Shown here: one piece after another, positions 62,173-64,000 of the stretch
Numbering within the stretch: the first letter of the stretch is position 1
Layout: each line of letters begins with the position of its first letter
NCBI RefSeq assembly: GCF_035594765.1
Contig: NC_085846.1
Span: 12,945,190 to 13,009,189, forward strand
Origin: Anolis carolinensis
Taxonomy: Eukaryota
Direction: 5' to 3'
Length of the DNA stretch: 64,000 bases
The notes under the pieces: model-generated
The model's database searches: none
Told to the model about the DNA's origin: nothing
The model's input: the letters and a program-made list of their open reading frames with translations, nothing else
Program-made: the position numbers and the translations under genes

Positions 62173-63742
62173 CAAGGGAGAAGAAAACCTACTAATTAAT
62201 CATTCAACCAACCCACCATTTTCTCCAACCATCTATGTGTATGGAGGAAGGCACACTGGCAAAATGTAAATGGGTTTTACTATCTCAAGTGTATATTTTC
62301 CCGAATTAAGCAAAGAAACAATAATTAAGAGAGTCTCTACTCATATATATGGGCTTCACATGATGGCTTGAGTGCAAGTCTATGAATTTGGTAGATCAGG
62401 GTTCTAATCTCCACCTGGCCATAGAAACCCACTAGATGATCTTGGTAAGTCACACTCTCTCATCCTCATAGGAAGGCAATGGCAAACTCCAGCTGAAGAA
62501 ACTTTGCTAAGTAACCTTCCTGATACGTTCATATCAGAGTCAACATCTTGAAGGCATATAATATACAGCTCCTCCACAGAAATCCATTGGTGGAGGGTTG
62601 CTATATAAAATATTACATAAGGACAATATGAGGCTATGGATGGGAAAAGGAGAACAGAATGACAAAAAGAGCTGCTTTTCTTGGGCTGAATAGAGCTTCT
62701 CACCGTAGAGTTGTTCAATTCCCATCACGTCATCCAATGGGAGCTGGTACAGGTGGGCCTGGCCGACAGGACCCTGGTAATACGGGATCATGATGGACTC
62801 CTTGGCAGAAGAGTGAGCCAGCCCCAAGGCATGGCCAAATTCATGCACAGCTACCGCAAAGAGATCTGTGCCACTGACTAGGACCAAAAGAGAAAGAAAA
62901 AATGTCATCCGTAATATGGCTTTTCTAGGTGATGCTGCCATGGTTGATCTAACCAATTAGTTATTCTTCCCACTGTGTGGTGGTAGATCCTGCTGCTACT
63001 ATGAACACCCCTCCCCACAAAAAACTGCCATCTGATTCAGTGAAATGAGAATATTGGGGTGGGGGGGGGGAGGCTATAGGAACTGTGCCTTGGCAGATGG
63101 GTGAAGGACATGGAAGCAATGCCATATCCTCCTCCTTCTCTGGATGTGAATGCATGGACACTACCAGCTTGGTTTCTTTCTTTCTCTGTTACCATCTCAT
63201 TTGCCACTTTAGAGATTCTCAGAAACCTCAGCTACCCCAGCCAATGATCAAGGATTCTGAGGAATTAAGTCCAAAACACCAGGAGACCAGAGTTTGAATA
63301 CACTACTATTCTGTTTCTTGACCATTGCCATCACATCCCCCTTTAGCAAAATAGGAGTGGAGTAACGGGGTGAATAAATTCAGCTTCATGCCTCAAGTGG
63401 TGGCAGATCTTGGACTGCCCCGGATGCCACGTGGTTCTGAAAGTACCTGACTTCGTGTTCCCCGGGTTGTAAATCCATGTCTCTTCATCATCAAAATGAG
63501 TGTCACCAGAAACAGGGTGTTCACCAGGGAAGAAAGCATGGGCCAGAGTACCACCAGGGCCATCAAAGGGGTAACTGTCTTGGTGGTAGGACTGGGTGAA
63601 ATCCACCAGGATGTCCGCTTGGTCAGAAGGCAATTCCCGGAAGGTCAGGGCTGAGGACTTGCTCCAGGCCCGGAAAGCCTCGGAAATAAGCTTCCGGACA
63701 TGATCTCTACTTAGGTAGGAGGAACGAGGGAAGGAACGGATA
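56881..63742 (-). CDS. MMP25: Matrix metalloproteinase-25 (MT6-MMP, leukolysin), 3' part; exons 63742-63447, 62877-62704, 62100-61998, 61228-61146, 60651-60499, 58575-58315, 57119-56881; prodomain exons outside window
   Basis: [38 protein letters not shown] (MMP25-type rather than MMP17), zinc motif [11 protein letters not shown], Met-turn SIMIP, Pro-rich hinge, hemopexin [19 protein letters not shown], stem CIC and a hydrophobic GPI signal. Phases are consistent. Confidence 0.93.
57604..57933 (+). mobile_element. Full-length Sauria SINE
   Basis: tRNA-like head, core, ACCTTTACCTTTAC tail and 12-bp TSD ctatgacttgac. Confidence 0.9.
58747..59486 (-). mobile_element. Possible solo LTR in an MMP25 intron
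   Basis: TG..CA ends with imperfect inverted termini; no clear TSD. Confidence 0.35.
62109..62172. repeat. (AAT)n microsatellite abutting the MMP25 hinge-exon acceptor
   Basis: Direct sequence. Confidence 0.95.
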
Positions 63743-64000
63743 CTGTCAAGAGAAAAGAAAAAGAAGAAGACAATGGTTGGATTAGGATTGAAAGGCTTTG
63801 CAACCATGCACTCTGATCCTCGCAATGCCCAACTAAAAACCTACGGAAAACTCATACTCAAGGCATAAATGAAAGGTGACGTGTAGTACACTATAAAATA
63901 TGAAAAGTACAATTGTAACAGAAAAAGGAAAGTGAATGAACAGAAGCAATGAATTATAGCATCATTTAAGATGGGAGCTGAATTACATTATAAGAGAAAG

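Noticed and set aside
56881-63742. MMP17 as an alternative identity
   Set aside because: [17 protein letters not shown] and the CxC stem match recalled MMP25 better.

Overview
This is eukaryotic genomic DNA from a squamate reptile, most likely Anolis, judged from the Sauria SINEs, AnolisSINE2-like, Penelope, R4/Dong, RTE, L2 and CR1 repeats and many hAT/Tc1/PIF MITEs; it has one 133-N gap. Five protein-coding genes were reconstructed by hand from GT-AG junctions with consistent phases: (1) the 3' end of TBC1D10B (+, 3 exons); (2) a sesquipedalian/PHETA (FAM109)-family gene with one coding exon (-, 213 aa), at a position where I know of no mammalian PHETA gene; (3) complete CD2BP2 (+, 373 aa) with an ETS-CRE promoter; (4) a complete 30-exon, 1164-aa I-domain leukocyte (CD11-type) integrin alpha (+), ITGAL-leaning but divergent, with a PU.1/RUNX promoter; (5) the last seven exons of GPI-anchored MMP25 (-). 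The strongest leads are the candidate third PHETA paralog with an F&H motif and a C-terminal clathrin-box-like LIDFG, an inverted Penelope pair with one intact and one core-mutated hammerhead ribozyme, an 18-nt poison microexon candidate in TBC1D10B, an RTE LINE insertion that duplicated and replaced an integrin I-domain splice donor, and a possible convertase site in the CD11 calf-2 loop. Orthology and repeat-family names come from recalled sequence similarity; no searches were run.
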